Of a stretch of 64,000 nucleotides of DNA, positions 1-10,300 are shown one piece after another. This DNA comes from an uncultured Gammaproteobacteria bacterium (GTDB lineage: Bacteria > Patescibacteriota > Microgenomatia > Levybacterales > UBA12049). The DNA is taken from NCBI GenBank assembly GCA_964521295.1, contig CAZFRF010000001.1:7751-71750 (forward strand), in the 5' to 3' direction. Both the position numbers and the translations under genes were made by a program. The notes below the pieces were generated by a model. It was not told the origin of the DNA and did no database searches. It saw nothing but the letters and a program-made list of their open reading frames with translations. Position 1 is the first letter of the stretch. Each line of letters opens with the position of its first letter.

Positions 1-1022
1 TGGTCTCGTCTTTGTTGCAAAGCTAGGTCTGCAGTTTCACGGGTTGCATAAACCCCGCGAAGTTCAACAGGTAGAAGTTGAGCCATCGCTAGACCTAATC
101 TTGTGTCTAATTCTTCGAATTCTCTATGTTTAACTATGTATTGAATATCAGCATCATCAGTTCTAATTCCTTCTCCTACGGTTACACTGCAAACTCCTGT
201 TTTTCCGAGTAATCCCGCTTTCCAGCCTTCTAGGGTAGGTAGTTTATGATTTGATGGATCATTAATTTCATAGCCTCCTACAATTCCTACAGGAATAAAT
301 AATACGCCTTTTCTTCTAAATTTGCGAGAGATAGCATAGGCACTTGCTGTGGCATTTTCGGCAAGAAGTTGCATGCCAATTCTATTTCCATTGTCATCGC
401 GTCTTCCGCCTTGTACCGTTCCTTCAGGTAAAACCGAACGCATTTCAAAGCCTGCTTTAATCATTCCTGAAGCATGGGCTAAGAATTCTTCTTGGTTTCT
501 TTGTTCATCTCTTTTTTGCACGTCATTTGGTGTAGCTGTGTAGACAGGTATGACGCCATTTTCAACTAAGATAGGGAGAGTAGCGTCAAACATTATACTT
601 AATAATTTTCCTTGACCTTTCCTTTCAGGTGTAGTTGGATCTGTTGATCTACTTCCATTTTCTCCATTGACTCTCTTTAAGCTTTTGGCAAAAGGCATAA
701 AAGCGCCTCTTACTTCTTCTCCTAATGGCCTACCAATACTTGCAATTACTGCAGTTCTTTTGACAGCTGGAGCTAGTAGGAGTGCATCGGCCCAAGCAGT
801 ATGATTGCCATCTAAATCAATAGCGAAATTATCTTGTATAGCAGATGAGATCGTATATTCAAAATCTGGAGGAAAGGAATATGAGGTAACATCGAGAACT
901 CTTTGAGTTAACTTATTTACTACAAAACGGGGAAGTGCACCCCAATATCTTTCGGCTCCTTGTGGCTTTGGCTTGGTATCTTTAATCACTTGTCGTGATT
1001 GGGGCGTTTCAATTCTTTGCAT
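1..1022 (-). CDS. Lysophospholipid/glycerol-phosphate acyltransferase (PlsC-like) family protein, 3' end runs off the window
   Basis: Absent from the ORF track. Manual translation from ATG at 1022 (MQRIETPQSRQ...) is open to the window edge and contains NHTAWAD (HX4D) and LPEGT motifs. An extended -10 (TGcTAAAAT) lies 8 nt upstream. Confidence 0.7.
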   Translation of the reverse strand, partial: MQRIETPQSRQVIKDTKPKPQGAERYWGALPRFVVNKLTQRVLDVTSYSFPPDFEYTISSAIQDNFAIDLDGNHTAWADALLLAPAVKRTAVIASIGRPLGEEVRGAFMPFAKSLKRVNGENGSRSTDPTTPERKGQGKLLSIMFDATLPILVENGVIPVYTATPNDVQKRDEQRNQEEFLAHASGMIKAGFEMRSVLPEGTVQGGRRDDNGNRIGMQLLAENATASAYAISRKFRRKGVLFIPVGIVGGYEINDPSNHKLPTLEGWKAGLLGKTGVCSVTVGEGIRTDDADIQYIVKHREFEELDTRLGLAMAQLLPVELRGVYATRETADLALQQRRD

Positions 1023-1100
1023 AATCAGCAATTTTAGCAGATTTATGTATAAATTGCCTGTTGAAAAGACTTACTGCGATAGTATATATTTCTATGTGAA

Positions 1101-1799
1101 ATGGCAGGACTTACAAAGGGTAAATTTATTGTTATTGATGGAAATGATGGATCTGGTAAAACCACACAGTTAAATCTTCTTAAATCTTTTTTAGAAAAAC
1201 AAAATATTCCCACTGCAGTTTTCGATTTCCCACAATATAAAACATTTCATGGTGAAACAGTTGGTAGATTTTTAGCAGGCGAGTTTGGTAGCTTAGATAG
1301 CGTTTCACCATATCTCTTAGCGTATCCTTATGCAATGGATAGACTAGGTGCATCGCCGCATATTAAAGCAGCACTTGCTGAGGGGAAAATTGTTTTAGCT
1401 AATAGGTATGTTGCTTCTAATCTTGCTCATCAATCAGGAAGGTTACCTAAAGCGCAACGCAGGAATTTTGTTGATTGGGATATAGAATTTGAATATTATC
1501 TAAATGGATTGCCTAGGGAAGATTTTTTAATTTATCTGTATGTTCCACATAAACATACAAAAAAATTAATGAAAAATAAGGATAGGGGGAAAAGAGAATA
1601 TTTAAATGGAAAAATAAAAGATATTGCTGAAAGCGATACGGATTATATAACAGGAGCAGAAGAAGCATATATGGATTTAGTAGAAAGATTTGATCATTGG
1701 ATAAAAATTAATTGCGTTGATGAAAAACAAAGGCTCTTGTCAAAAGAGGAAGTGCATGAAAAAATAAAGCTTGAACTTTTAAGCAGAAACATAATATGA
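1101..1799 (+). CDS. tmk: Thymidylate kinase
   Basis: FIVIDGNDGSGKTTQ P-loop, FP.Y, DR and NRY motifs. First gene of a tmk-dut-thyX operon. Confidence 0.9.
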   Translation: MAGLTKGKFIVIDGNDGSGKTTQLNLLKSFLEKQNIPTAVFDFPQYKTFHGETVGRFLAGEFGSLDSVSPYLLAYPYAMDRLGASPHIKAALAEGKIVLANRYVASNLAHQSGRLPKAQRRNFVDWDIEFEYYLNGLPREDFLIYLYVPHKHTKKLMKNKDRGKREYLNGKIKDIAESDTDYITGAEEAYMDLVERFDHWIKINCVDEKQRLLSKEEVHEKIKLELLSRNII

Positions 1800-2227
1800 A
1801 AGTAAATATAAAAAGAATTGATAAGAGCCTGCCAATACCAGAGTATAAAACTAAAGGTGCTGTTGGTTTTGATTTTTATACCAGAGAAGACGCAATTGTA
1901 AAACCTGGGGAGGCAGTGCTTATTCCACTTAATATAATTTTCAAAGTTCCTAAGGGATATGTTTTGTCAATTATTCCTAGGTCATCGACTCCCAAAAAAG
2001 GACTTTTAATTCCTAATAGTCCAGGAACTATTGATCAGGATTATTGCGGAGACAGTGACGAGTTAAAAGTTTGGGCATATAATTTTACAAAGAAAAAAGT
2101 CTTAGTAGAAAAAGGGGAGAGAATTTGTCAGGGAATATTATATAAGGTTGGAATTGCAAAATTTTCAGAAGTTAAAAAGATGAGTTCTAAATCAAGGGGG
2201 GGATTTGGAACAACAGGACATAAATAA
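1796..2227 (+). CDS. dut: Trimeric dUTPase
   Basis: GAVGFD, PRSS, GTIDQDYCG, ERICQ and RGGFGTTG motifs. Confidence 0.95.
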   Translation: MKVNIKRIDKSLPIPEYKTKGAVGFDFYTREDAIVKPGEAVLIPLNIIFKVPKGYVLSIIPRSSTPKKGLLIPNSPGTIDQDYCGDSDELKVWAYNFTKKKVLVEKGERICQGILYKVGIAKFSEVKKMSSKSRGGFGTTGHK

Positions 2228-2228
2228 C

Positions 2229-3896
2229 ATGCTTAAAAAAGATTTAAAATTTGCTCCTAATTTCGAAAAATTATTTTTATCAGAAAAAGAAGAATATTTA
2301 TTAAAACCATTCTTTACCAATTTAGATAAAAATACATTTGCAGTTACCTTTTTACCTCCTGAAGTAATTGGCGCGCTTTGTTCAAGAACGTCAAGAGCAA
2401 AGGGAGATTTAAGGGTAGTTTTGCTTAAGGAATTTTTAGAGCCATTTGTAAAAGAAAAAAGTATTTATGGAAAATCTTTAAAAAGTTTAATTTCCTTTTT
2501 ACATAAAAATCCGATTGAACTTATTTTTTCAAATCCTAAAGGTAGAGAGTTTTATGTTAAATGGTTAGCTCAATATGGTGACGATTCAATTGCGCAAATG
2601 GCCGGAACTCATTTAGTTTTTAGCGCAATTTCTCAAATCGCTATTAAGCATTTTGAGGACATGAGGGTAGGTCTTGCTCCAATTGAGAAGTCTACTAGAT
2701 ATGTGGATTATTCTGCAAAAATAAATAATAAATATAGGTATTACACTGATCCAATTCTTAAAAAATTAGGTTTAGAAAAAGAATATAAAGAGGCAATGGA
2801 TAATTTATTTGATACTTATACAAAAATTATCACCCAATATTTCGCAATTTTAAAAATTAAATATCCTGATGAAAAAGACCAAGTCTTAAAGGCAAAAGCT
2901 TTTGATGTAACCAGAGGTTTATTGCCAATGGCAACACTTTCTCAAGTTGCATTTTTTGGTAATGGTCAAGCATATGAATATTTAATGGCAAGATCCTTAG
3001 ATCATAAATTAGGTGAAATTAAATTTTTAGCAGCTGAGGCTTTTGAAGAGTTGGATAAAATCATACCAGCATTTTTAAGAAGATCAGAAGGGGAAGCAGC
3101 AATGGAATATAGAGAATATTTAAATTTTAAAGATTTAGAACTAGAAAAAATAGTTAAAAAACTAAAAATTAAAAACGGAAAAATTAATAATACTTCAGAA
3201 ATTAAAATTGTAGATTTTGATAAAGATGGAGAAGACAGGGTAATTGCTGGACTTATATATCCTAAGCTGCATGTTTCTTATGAGGAGGCTTTTAAAATGG
3301 TTAAGAAAATGTCACAAAAACAAAAAAAGCAAATTTTAGATAGCGTTTTTTCGAAACGAAAAGCTAGGTGGTATAAAGTACCTAGAGCCTTTGAAAATGC
3401 TTTTGTAACTTTTGATATGACTTTAAATGCAGGCGCTTGGAGAGATTTGCATAGGCACAGAATGTTAACGCAGTTCAGGCAGAGATTTTCTATCTATAAT
3501 GGTTTCGATATTCCGGAAGATCTGAAGGGAACTGGACTTGATAAATTATTTATTTCTGCAGTTTCAAAGGCAGAAAAAGTATTTAAAAAAATTGAAAGAA
3601 AAGATCCTGATCTTGCTCAATATGCTGTAACCATGGCACATAGAGTTAGATTTTTACAAAAGCAAAATTTACGAAGCTTTTTCTGGCAATCAGAGTTAAG
3701 AACTACTTCTCAAGGTCATCCAGATTACAGAAAAGCAGAGCAGGAAAAAGCAAAGCTTGTTAAAAAGATTTATCCGCTTCTCGGAAATTATTTGATGGTT
3801 GATTTCAATGATTATGGTTTTGCTAGAAGAGGAACGATTGAAAAAATAGAGCAAAGAGAAAAAAAGCTTCTTAAAGAGCTTGCTAAGAAAAGTTGA
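2229..3896 (+). CDS. thyX: FAD-dependent thymidylate synthase, tandem two-domain form
   Basis: YGDDSIA, EKSTRY, RDLHRHR, ELRT and QGHPDYR motifs. Start moved to ATG 2229, just after the dut stop (track start 2205). Confidence 0.88.
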   Translation: MLKKDLKFAPNFEKLFLSEKEEYLLKPFFTNLDKNTFAVTFLPPEVIGALCSRTSRAKGDLRVVLLKEFLEPFVKEKSIYGKSLKSLISFLHKNPIELIFSNPKGREFYVKWLAQYGDDSIAQMAGTHLVFSAISQIAIKHFEDMRVGLAPIEKSTRYVDYSAKINNKYRYYTDPILKKLGLEKEYKEAMDNLFDTYTKIITQYFAILKIKYPDEKDQVLKAKAFDVTRGLLPMATLSQVAFFGNGQAYEYLMARSLDHKLGEIKFLAAEAFEELDKIIPAFLRRSEGEAAMEYREYLNFKDLELEKIVKKLKIKNGKINNTSEIKIVDFDKDGEDRVIAGLIYPKLHVSYEEAFKMVKKMSQKQKKQILDSVFSKRKARWYKVPRAFENAFVTFDMTLNAGAWRDLHRHRMLTQFRQRFSIYNGFDIPEDLKGTGLDKLFISAVSKAEKVFKKIERKDPDLAQYAVTMAHRVRFLQKQNLRSFFWQSELRTTSQGHPDYRKAEQEKAKLVKKIYPLLGNYLMVDFNDYGFARRGTIEKIEQREKKLLKELAKKS

Positions 3897-3921
3897 TAAA
3901 AAGCCTCATTTAGACTACAAT
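3893..3921 (+). promoter_or_regulatory. sigma70-like promoter TTGATA-N17-TACAAT
   Basis: Near-consensus hexamers with a 17-nt spacer. ATG at 3930 follows 8 nt later. Confidence 0.6.
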
Positions 3922-3929
3922 TGCAGACT

Positions 3930-5114
3930 ATGGGATTATTAGTAGAAAATTCACTTGGTAGATTTGTCGCAGATTCTATAGCCACATCTGGTCCAATGCC
4001 TTTTGATAGGTATGTAGATTATTGGCATGCTGGTGTAACTTTGCCAAGCGGAGTTCATTTACCAGGGTTTTATGAAAGAAAAGATTTAAAAATTGGTAAT
4101 GATTACGGATCTTTATCTGACCAAAAAGTAGATTTTACAACCTATCCTGAACTTACTCCTATTTTTGGCTTTATGATGGCTCAGCATATTTTGGATTTAG
4201 CTTCTAGAATGACAACTACAAAGGATTTTCAAATTGTTGAAATGGGAGCCGGAAATGGAACATTAGCTTCTGATGTTATGCATGGACTTAAATATTACAA
4301 TCCAGATTTTCAATATAACTATACAATTGTTGAAAGAAGTTCAACTTTAGCCGCCGCTCAAAGATCAAGATTAGTGAACCTACCGGCTCAAGTTATTGAA
4401 GGTTCTGCAGTAACAGATTTACCACAAGGAGTAAGGGGTGTATTTTTATCCAATGAGTTAGTTGACGATTTGTCTTCAAAAGTTGTTTTAACTACTCCGC
4501 AAAGAGCTATTCAAGAATTGTTTGTTGGCTTAGGAGAAAATGATAGATTTAAACCTAGCTGGAGACAGCCAACAGAAGGAGTTGAAGAGTATGTGGCTAA
4601 ATATCGTAGAATGCCTATGGGAAGACAATATACGAGGGCCCCTGTGCACATGGCCGGCAAAGAATGGTTAACACGAGTTGCTAATTCATTAGAAGAAGGC
4701 TTTGTGATTACTGTCGATTATCCATTTGATGAATATCCACATAGTTTGGGTTTTGCGGGAGATGTTTTTATTCCACATGTTGCAAAATCAAGAGAAGTTG
4801 TAAGGGATAATACTGGACAAATGGATTGTTTCAGTTTAGAGAATGTGGGTAAGGGAAACATTACAGTTCCCGTAGATTTTACAGCCCTAGCATTAATTGG
4901 AGCAGAACATGGACTTTTAACAACCAGCGATATGTCTTTAACAGATTTTTTACCTAAATATAGGCCTGGTCAATTAATTGGTGAACTTCAAGCAATGCCG
5001 AGAGAGAGGCAGTTGGAGATTTTGGGTGGTCGTGAGCTTGCGGCAAAATATTTGGGTCATACAGAATTTACAGATAGCTTCAGAGTCTTAACTCAAAGAA
5101 AAGTAGCAAGGTAA
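3930..5114 (+). CDS. SAM-dependent methyltransferase, MidA/NDUFAF7 family
   Basis: GPMPFDRY, DFTTYPEL, IVEMGAGNGTLASD, FLSNELVD, TVDY and NITVPVDF motifs. Start placed at ATG 3930 from promoter position. Confidence 0.85.
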   Translation: MGLLVENSLGRFVADSIATSGPMPFDRYVDYWHAGVTLPSGVHLPGFYERKDLKIGNDYGSLSDQKVDFTTYPELTPIFGFMMAQHILDLASRMTTTKDFQIVEMGAGNGTLASDVMHGLKYYNPDFQYNYTIVERSSTLAAAQRSRLVNLPAQVIEGSAVTDLPQGVRGVFLSNELVDDLSSKVVLTTPQRAIQELFVGLGENDRFKPSWRQPTEGVEEYVAKYRRMPMGRQYTRAPVHMAGKEWLTRVANSLEEGFVITVDYPFDEYPHSLGFAGDVFIPHVAKSREVVRDNTGQMDCFSLENVGKGNITVPVDFTALALIGAEHGLLTTSDMSLTDFLPKYRPGQLIGELQAMPRERQLEILGGRELAAKYLGHTEFTDSFRVLTQRKVAR

Positions 5115-5158
5115 AGTAATTGTTGAAATAGCCAAAACGTTAAGTTATACTCCAATAA

Positions 5159-6478
5159 ATGAACTCATTAAAAAAGACAGATCTGCAAATCTATAAGCTA
5201 GTTTTGGCAGAGGAAAAAAGACAAGCCGAAGTACTAGAAATGATTCCTTCTGAAAATTATACTTCTAAAGCTGTAATGGAAGCCTTGGGAACTGTCTTAA
5301 CCAATAAATATTCTGAGGGTTATCCTAAGAAAAGATACTATCAGGGAAATAGTGTAGTTGATGAGGTTGAGTCATTAGCGCAAGATAGGGCTCAAAAGCT
5401 CTTTAAGGTGCCCTACGTGAACGTACAACCCCTTTCTGGATCTGCAGCAAATGCAGCAGTATATTTTGCAACTTTAAACCCTGGAGATAAAATAATGGGT
5501 CTATCTTTGGCTTTTGGTGGACATTTAACTCACGGTGCACCTTTAACTTTTTCTTCCCGTTTTTTTAAGTCAGTTCAATATGAATTGGGCAAAGACACAT
5601 TGCTTGATTATAATGCAATTGAAAAGTTAGCGCTAAAAGAAAAACCTCAAATAATCGTTTGTGGATTTACAGCATATTCGCAAATTATTGATTTTAAACG
5701 TTTTGGTCAAATAGCAGATAAGGTGGGAGCATATTTACTTGCAGACATATCTCATATTACTGGACTTGTTGCCGCGGGTGTTCATCCATCGCCAGTTCCA
5801 TATGTACATATCGTTACTACAACAACACATAAAACTTTAAGAGGACCAAGGGGAGCAATGATTATGGTAACAAATAAAGGACTTAAAAAGGATTCAGACT
5901 TACCTAAAAAAATTGATAGCGCAATCATTCCTGGTCTTCAGGGTGGACCACACGATAATCAAACGGCAGCAATTGCTGTTTCTTTACTTGAAGCAAGTAA
6001 GCCAAGTTTTGTTAAATATGCAAATCAAATTGTTAAAAATTCTAAAACTTTAGCTAATGAATTAATAAGTAAAGGCTATAAATTAGTTGGTAACGGATCA
6101 GAAAATCATTTGATTTTAGTTGATTTAAGAAATAAGGGAATAAACGGTGCAGTTGCCGCTTTAGCACTTGAGACTGCTGGAATCGTAGTAAATAAAAATG
6201 GAGTTCCATTTGATACAAATCCGCCTTTTTATCCATCAGGAATAAGGTTGGGCACACCAGCTATTACCACTAGGGGAATGAAAGAAAAAGAAATGATTAA
6301 AGTAGCAAGTTTTATGGATAGAGCTTTAAATGAAGTCTCTGGAATTGATTTACCAAAAGACAAAGAAGAAAGAAAAGAAGAGTGGAAGAAAGTTAAAGCA
6401 AATATTGTAAAAAATAAGAAGCTTTTACAAATTGCAAAAGAAGTAAAAAACTTAACGGCAAAGTTCCCACTGCCCTAA
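5159..6478 (+). CDS. glyA: Serine hydroxymethyltransferase
   Basis: LTNKYSEGYP, GGHLTHG, TTTTHKTLRGPRG, SGIRLGTPA. Promoter TTGAAA-N17-TATACT ends 7 nt before the ATG. Confidence 0.97.
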   Translation: MNSLKKTDLQIYKLVLAEEKRQAEVLEMIPSENYTSKAVMEALGTVLTNKYSEGYPKKRYYQGNSVVDEVESLAQDRAQKLFKVPYVNVQPLSGSAANAAVYFATLNPGDKIMGLSLAFGGHLTHGAPLTFSSRFFKSVQYELGKDTLLDYNAIEKLALKEKPQIIVCGFTAYSQIIDFKRFGQIADKVGAYLLADISHITGLVAAGVHPSPVPYVHIVTTTTHKTLRGPRGAMIMVTNKGLKKDSDLPKKIDSAIIPGLQGGPHDNQTAAIAVSLLEASKPSFVKYANQIVKNSKTLANELISKGYKLVGNGSENHLILVDLRNKGINGAVAALALETAGIVVNKNGVPFDTNPPFYPSGIRLGTPAITTRGMKEKEMIKVASFMDRALNEVSGIDLPKDKEERKEEWKKVKANIVKNKKLLQIAKEVKNLTAKFPLP

Positions 6479-6487
6479 TTATTAAAA

Positions 6488-7381
6488 ATGGCTTTATCAA
6501 GACATGAAACGTTTTCATGGTTTCATAACAGAGGAAATAGAGGTGTGACGGTAGGCAATAGAGGGGGTTCACGCAGGTCTCGATATGATTTAGCTAGGGA
6601 GCACATACGTGATACATTTGATGATCAGGCATCAGGAATAGCTACGGGAAGATATGCCGCTTTTAGGGGTCTGAAGGGAGCTGCCTTTTTAGATGAATAT
6701 TTGCGAGATCCTCTTTTTTCTCAGTTTTTTACTGGAGCTGCAGACTTCGCTACTTCGGAACCAGATAATGATGAGTTTGAACGACATGTTAGAGGAGCAG
6801 CTTTTGAGTTGATGGCAGATTTATATTTAGCTTCACATGATCGTTCACCTCGAGTGCCGATTACAGGAACAATAGCAGCTGAAGTTCAGCATATATTAAA
6901 ACCAGATTTAAAAGTTATTGAAAGCAAAATAGGGCAGCAAGGTATACATCGTCAAACTCTTTATGATGGATTTATGGTACAAAGCAATCGTAAGGGTGCA
7001 CCCCGGGCTGAGGGAGCTATTGAGGCAACATTAAGCAGTGATTGGCGGGTTAAAAAAACAAGGCAGATTAGGGGGGTTAGTCGATTTTTTGAAGACTTAC
7101 GAGAATTGGGATGTAGAGATCCTTATTTAATAATAATTACACCTAAGTTTGCTCCTGATGGATCTCATGATTCCCAGTTTGAAATTGTAGAAGGGCAAGT
7201 TATTGAACGAGCTTATGTTCCTGTTTCTATTCAGTATTTGATGAAGGAATTTTTCCCTTATTTATTTAATGAACATCAGATTGTAGATAGTCTAACTTTG
7301 GCTGAACAAAGAACACAATGGTTGGCAAGTCCTGCAGTTAGTGATATGAAAATCGGGGAGCCTGCATTTTACAGAAAATAG
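6488..7381 (+). CDS. Hypothetical protein, possible PD-(D/E)XK-like fold
   Basis: 297-aa ORF. The spacing of AFE ... YDGF ... IEATL resembles restriction-endonuclease-like motifs I-III, but support is weak. Confidence 0.5.
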   Translation: MALSRHETFSWFHNRGNRGVTVGNRGGSRRSRYDLAREHIRDTFDDQASGIATGRYAAFRGLKGAAFLDEYLRDPLFSQFFTGAADFATSEPDNDEFERHVRGAAFELMADLYLASHDRSPRVPITGTIAAEVQHILKPDLKVIESKIGQQGIHRQTLYDGFMVQSNRKGAPRAEGAIEATLSSDWRVKKTRQIRGVSRFFEDLRELGCRDPYLIIITPKFAPDGSHDSQFEIVEGQVIERAYVPVSIQYLMKEFFPYLFNEHQIVDSLTLAEQRTQWLASPAVSDMKIGEPAFYRK

Positions 7382-7388
7382 AAAAAGC

Positions 7389-10300
7389 TTATGGTGCAAC
7401 TTCTCTCCAGATTCTAGGAGCTACTTGTAAAAATGAGGGCGCATTAAGGGTAAAATCTGGTCTTTCTTGAATGTAAAACACAGGGCAATTGGCATCATCG
7501 GCACATCTGTCTCTATTATTTATAAAGCTTCCTCCGTTAAGTCCTGCATTTACAACAATAGCTCCTTGTAGATTTAGTCTATAATCTTTCGTTGGACAAT
7601 TATTTTCTCCGTCTAGGGTAAAGTTTCTGTCAGCACTATACCAGCCTTCAACTTGGAAACTATCGTAGACATTGGCTTGGTTGATGCCGACAGTTCTATT
7701 AATAATGATATTTCCTCCGTTACCATTGCTTCTGGGTCCAGCGCTAAAGATTACTGTTGAACCAATAGGAACATGAATTTCATTATCAATATATAAGTTT
7801 CCATGAACTAGGATTACATAATTTTTGCCTGCAGGGAATGTTGTATTTTCAGTGATACGTAAATCACCCTCAGCTCTGTAAATTCCATTTGGTAGAGCAG
7901 CAGCTGTATTTGGTAAATCGCAATCATTTAAGTTTCCACCGCAGTAGCTAGTTAAGTCTCTAATAGTTAAACCGTTTTTAGTTGCTGCCGCTAAGAGATA
8001 ATTATAAGAAGTTTTGATAATTCCGTTACTTGGTGTATAAGTTTCTGGATACTTGCCAACGCCAGGAATGTCTCCAACTTGCCAGTTGTAGGGATTAACT
8101 GATGCTTGACCTCCACCAAAATCTGGAGCGGCATTGCCAGAGTAAATTACTCCTGGAGTACTATCAGTTCTTAGTCTAATTGAACCATAAGCTCCGTGGG
8201 TTGTACCATCTGGTTCAGTGCAGACTGCTCCAAGTGGAATTTGATTAGTGTATCCATCATTAAACCAGATATCTGATCCACCTGATTGTATCCAAGGAAC
8301 GTTATTATTTATTCCAAAATTCATATTCGTAATGTTTCCAGAATTGCATTGTGTTTTCCAGCTGGAATTACTTGGAGTTCTTCCATCATTAGTGGTGCAT
8401 TGTCCCGTTCCGGTTCTAACTGTTAAATTAGGTGTCCCATCGACTTTTGGATAGGTCATTAAGTAGCTTGCAGGTTTACTAGAATAAGCTACGGTGTAGT
8501 TTCCAGCAGTTAGGCCTGTAAAGTTAAAAGCGCCTGTGTTGTTAGTTACCGTTTTTAACGGTGAAGTTGATTCGTCAGGCAAGGAAGAACCACTGTATAA
8601 ATAAATTCTTGTTTGACCAGCGCTATAATTTGCATCTGTATTATTTTTATATCCGTCTTTATTCTCATCTATAAAAACATTTCCTGAGATGGTGAAGTAG
8701 GGTACAATCTCAATTTGTGCTTCATAGCTTCTACATACATTGGATCCTGGATTACAGACGGAAACCGTTGGATGGGCAAAAGTGTTCAAGGTATTATATG
8801 AGCTTTCAATGCTCCAAGTGGTTGTTGGCTGATTAACATTTATAGTTGTGCCATGGTCAGGAGTAGGCCATTTGTAATCTGGAACTCTATTATCAACTGT
8901 TCTGCAGCCAACCGCTGTAAGTCTTGATGTGTCTTGATTTGTGACACCGGGGTGAACAAGAGTAGGGTTAGCCGTTAATCCACCTGTGCAAGTTGGGGGA
9001 GGGGGTTGAATTCCAAAATTTGCCACTTGATTAGCTGGTGGTACAACGTGTTTTGTTTGTGGGTTATTGGTAGTTAAGGTCCATCCAGATGGAATACCGG
9101 AAATGGTAATTGTGTAATCATTAGCTGGTAATCTTGTTAAAGCTACTGATCCAGCAGCTCCAGTGTCACCAGATTTATATGTTGGATCAGCATCTGTTGC
9201 AATGTCATAGGGAATGTTTTTTGCTGCTATATCAGTTGAATCTTGAGTTGCATTACCATCGTAATCAACAAAAGTATTAATTGTTAAATTACCAAGACAC
9301 GCAGTTTGTGCACCAGTAGTTCTATGTGCGGTTACACTTTTAACAGTTGGGTCATCATGAGTACCTGTTGTGTGGCCAATAACATACCAATCATATTGAG
9401 TATTAAATGCTAAACCTTCAACTGTACGAGTATTTGGTCCAGATGCTTTTGGTTCAATTTTACCTATTCTTGTAAAATTAGCAGAAGAGTGTCTTTTGTA
9501 ATATAAATCGTAACTATCCTCATAGGGTATATGGCTCCAGCTAAATGTAATTGCTGCTCTGTTGGAGCTATCGCAGGATGCCGAAGAGCTTAGATCTACA
9601 GGGCCGACAGGACAACCTGATCCACAAACTGCTGCATTCAAATTGCGTACATCATTGGTGTTTCTAACGCATTCTTTATGTCTTTGTATTCCGGTACCTT
9701 TAAATTCACAAGTCGTTCCATATCTTACACAGGAGTTATTTCCTGTTCCGCAAACTCTAACATTATCACAGTCATTATCGTTTTGGCATTCATCAACGGG
9801 ACCACATTTATTATTGCAATCACTGCTAGCATAATCTCCTCCGACTTTTTTTACGCATTGTCCGTTACTTTGACAACTATATCTATTTACGCAATCATTA
9901 CTAACACAGGTTTTATTGTTATTGCAGTCAGTGTTCTTAGTACAATCACAAGAGCCATTATTTACGCATGTTCTATTGTCCTTATCTGTGTTAGTTCGAC
10001 ACATGCTTGAACCACTGTAGTTATAATTACAGCTATATGTTGTTCTGGTGCAGTTTGAATTGCAGACGGATTGTCCGTTAGAGCAAAGATCGACAAGCCC
10101 GGCTTTAACACAATCATTGCTGGTATTGGCAGGACATTTAGTATTAAAATAAACAGCACCTAAATTATTGGGTTTTCCGCAACCTCTATACTTTATTGTA
10201 TTAGTAGATCCACTATGGCAAGATGCATCTGTGCCAATTAAGTAATATACATTGTATGGGTCAGATGGTCCACCAACATATGTTGCTTTTACATCAAATT

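Noticed and set aside
349-1173. Track ORFs 349..543 and 973..1173 (+)
   Set aside because: They are shadows of the minus-strand acyltransferase ORF and the tmk start, with no motifs.
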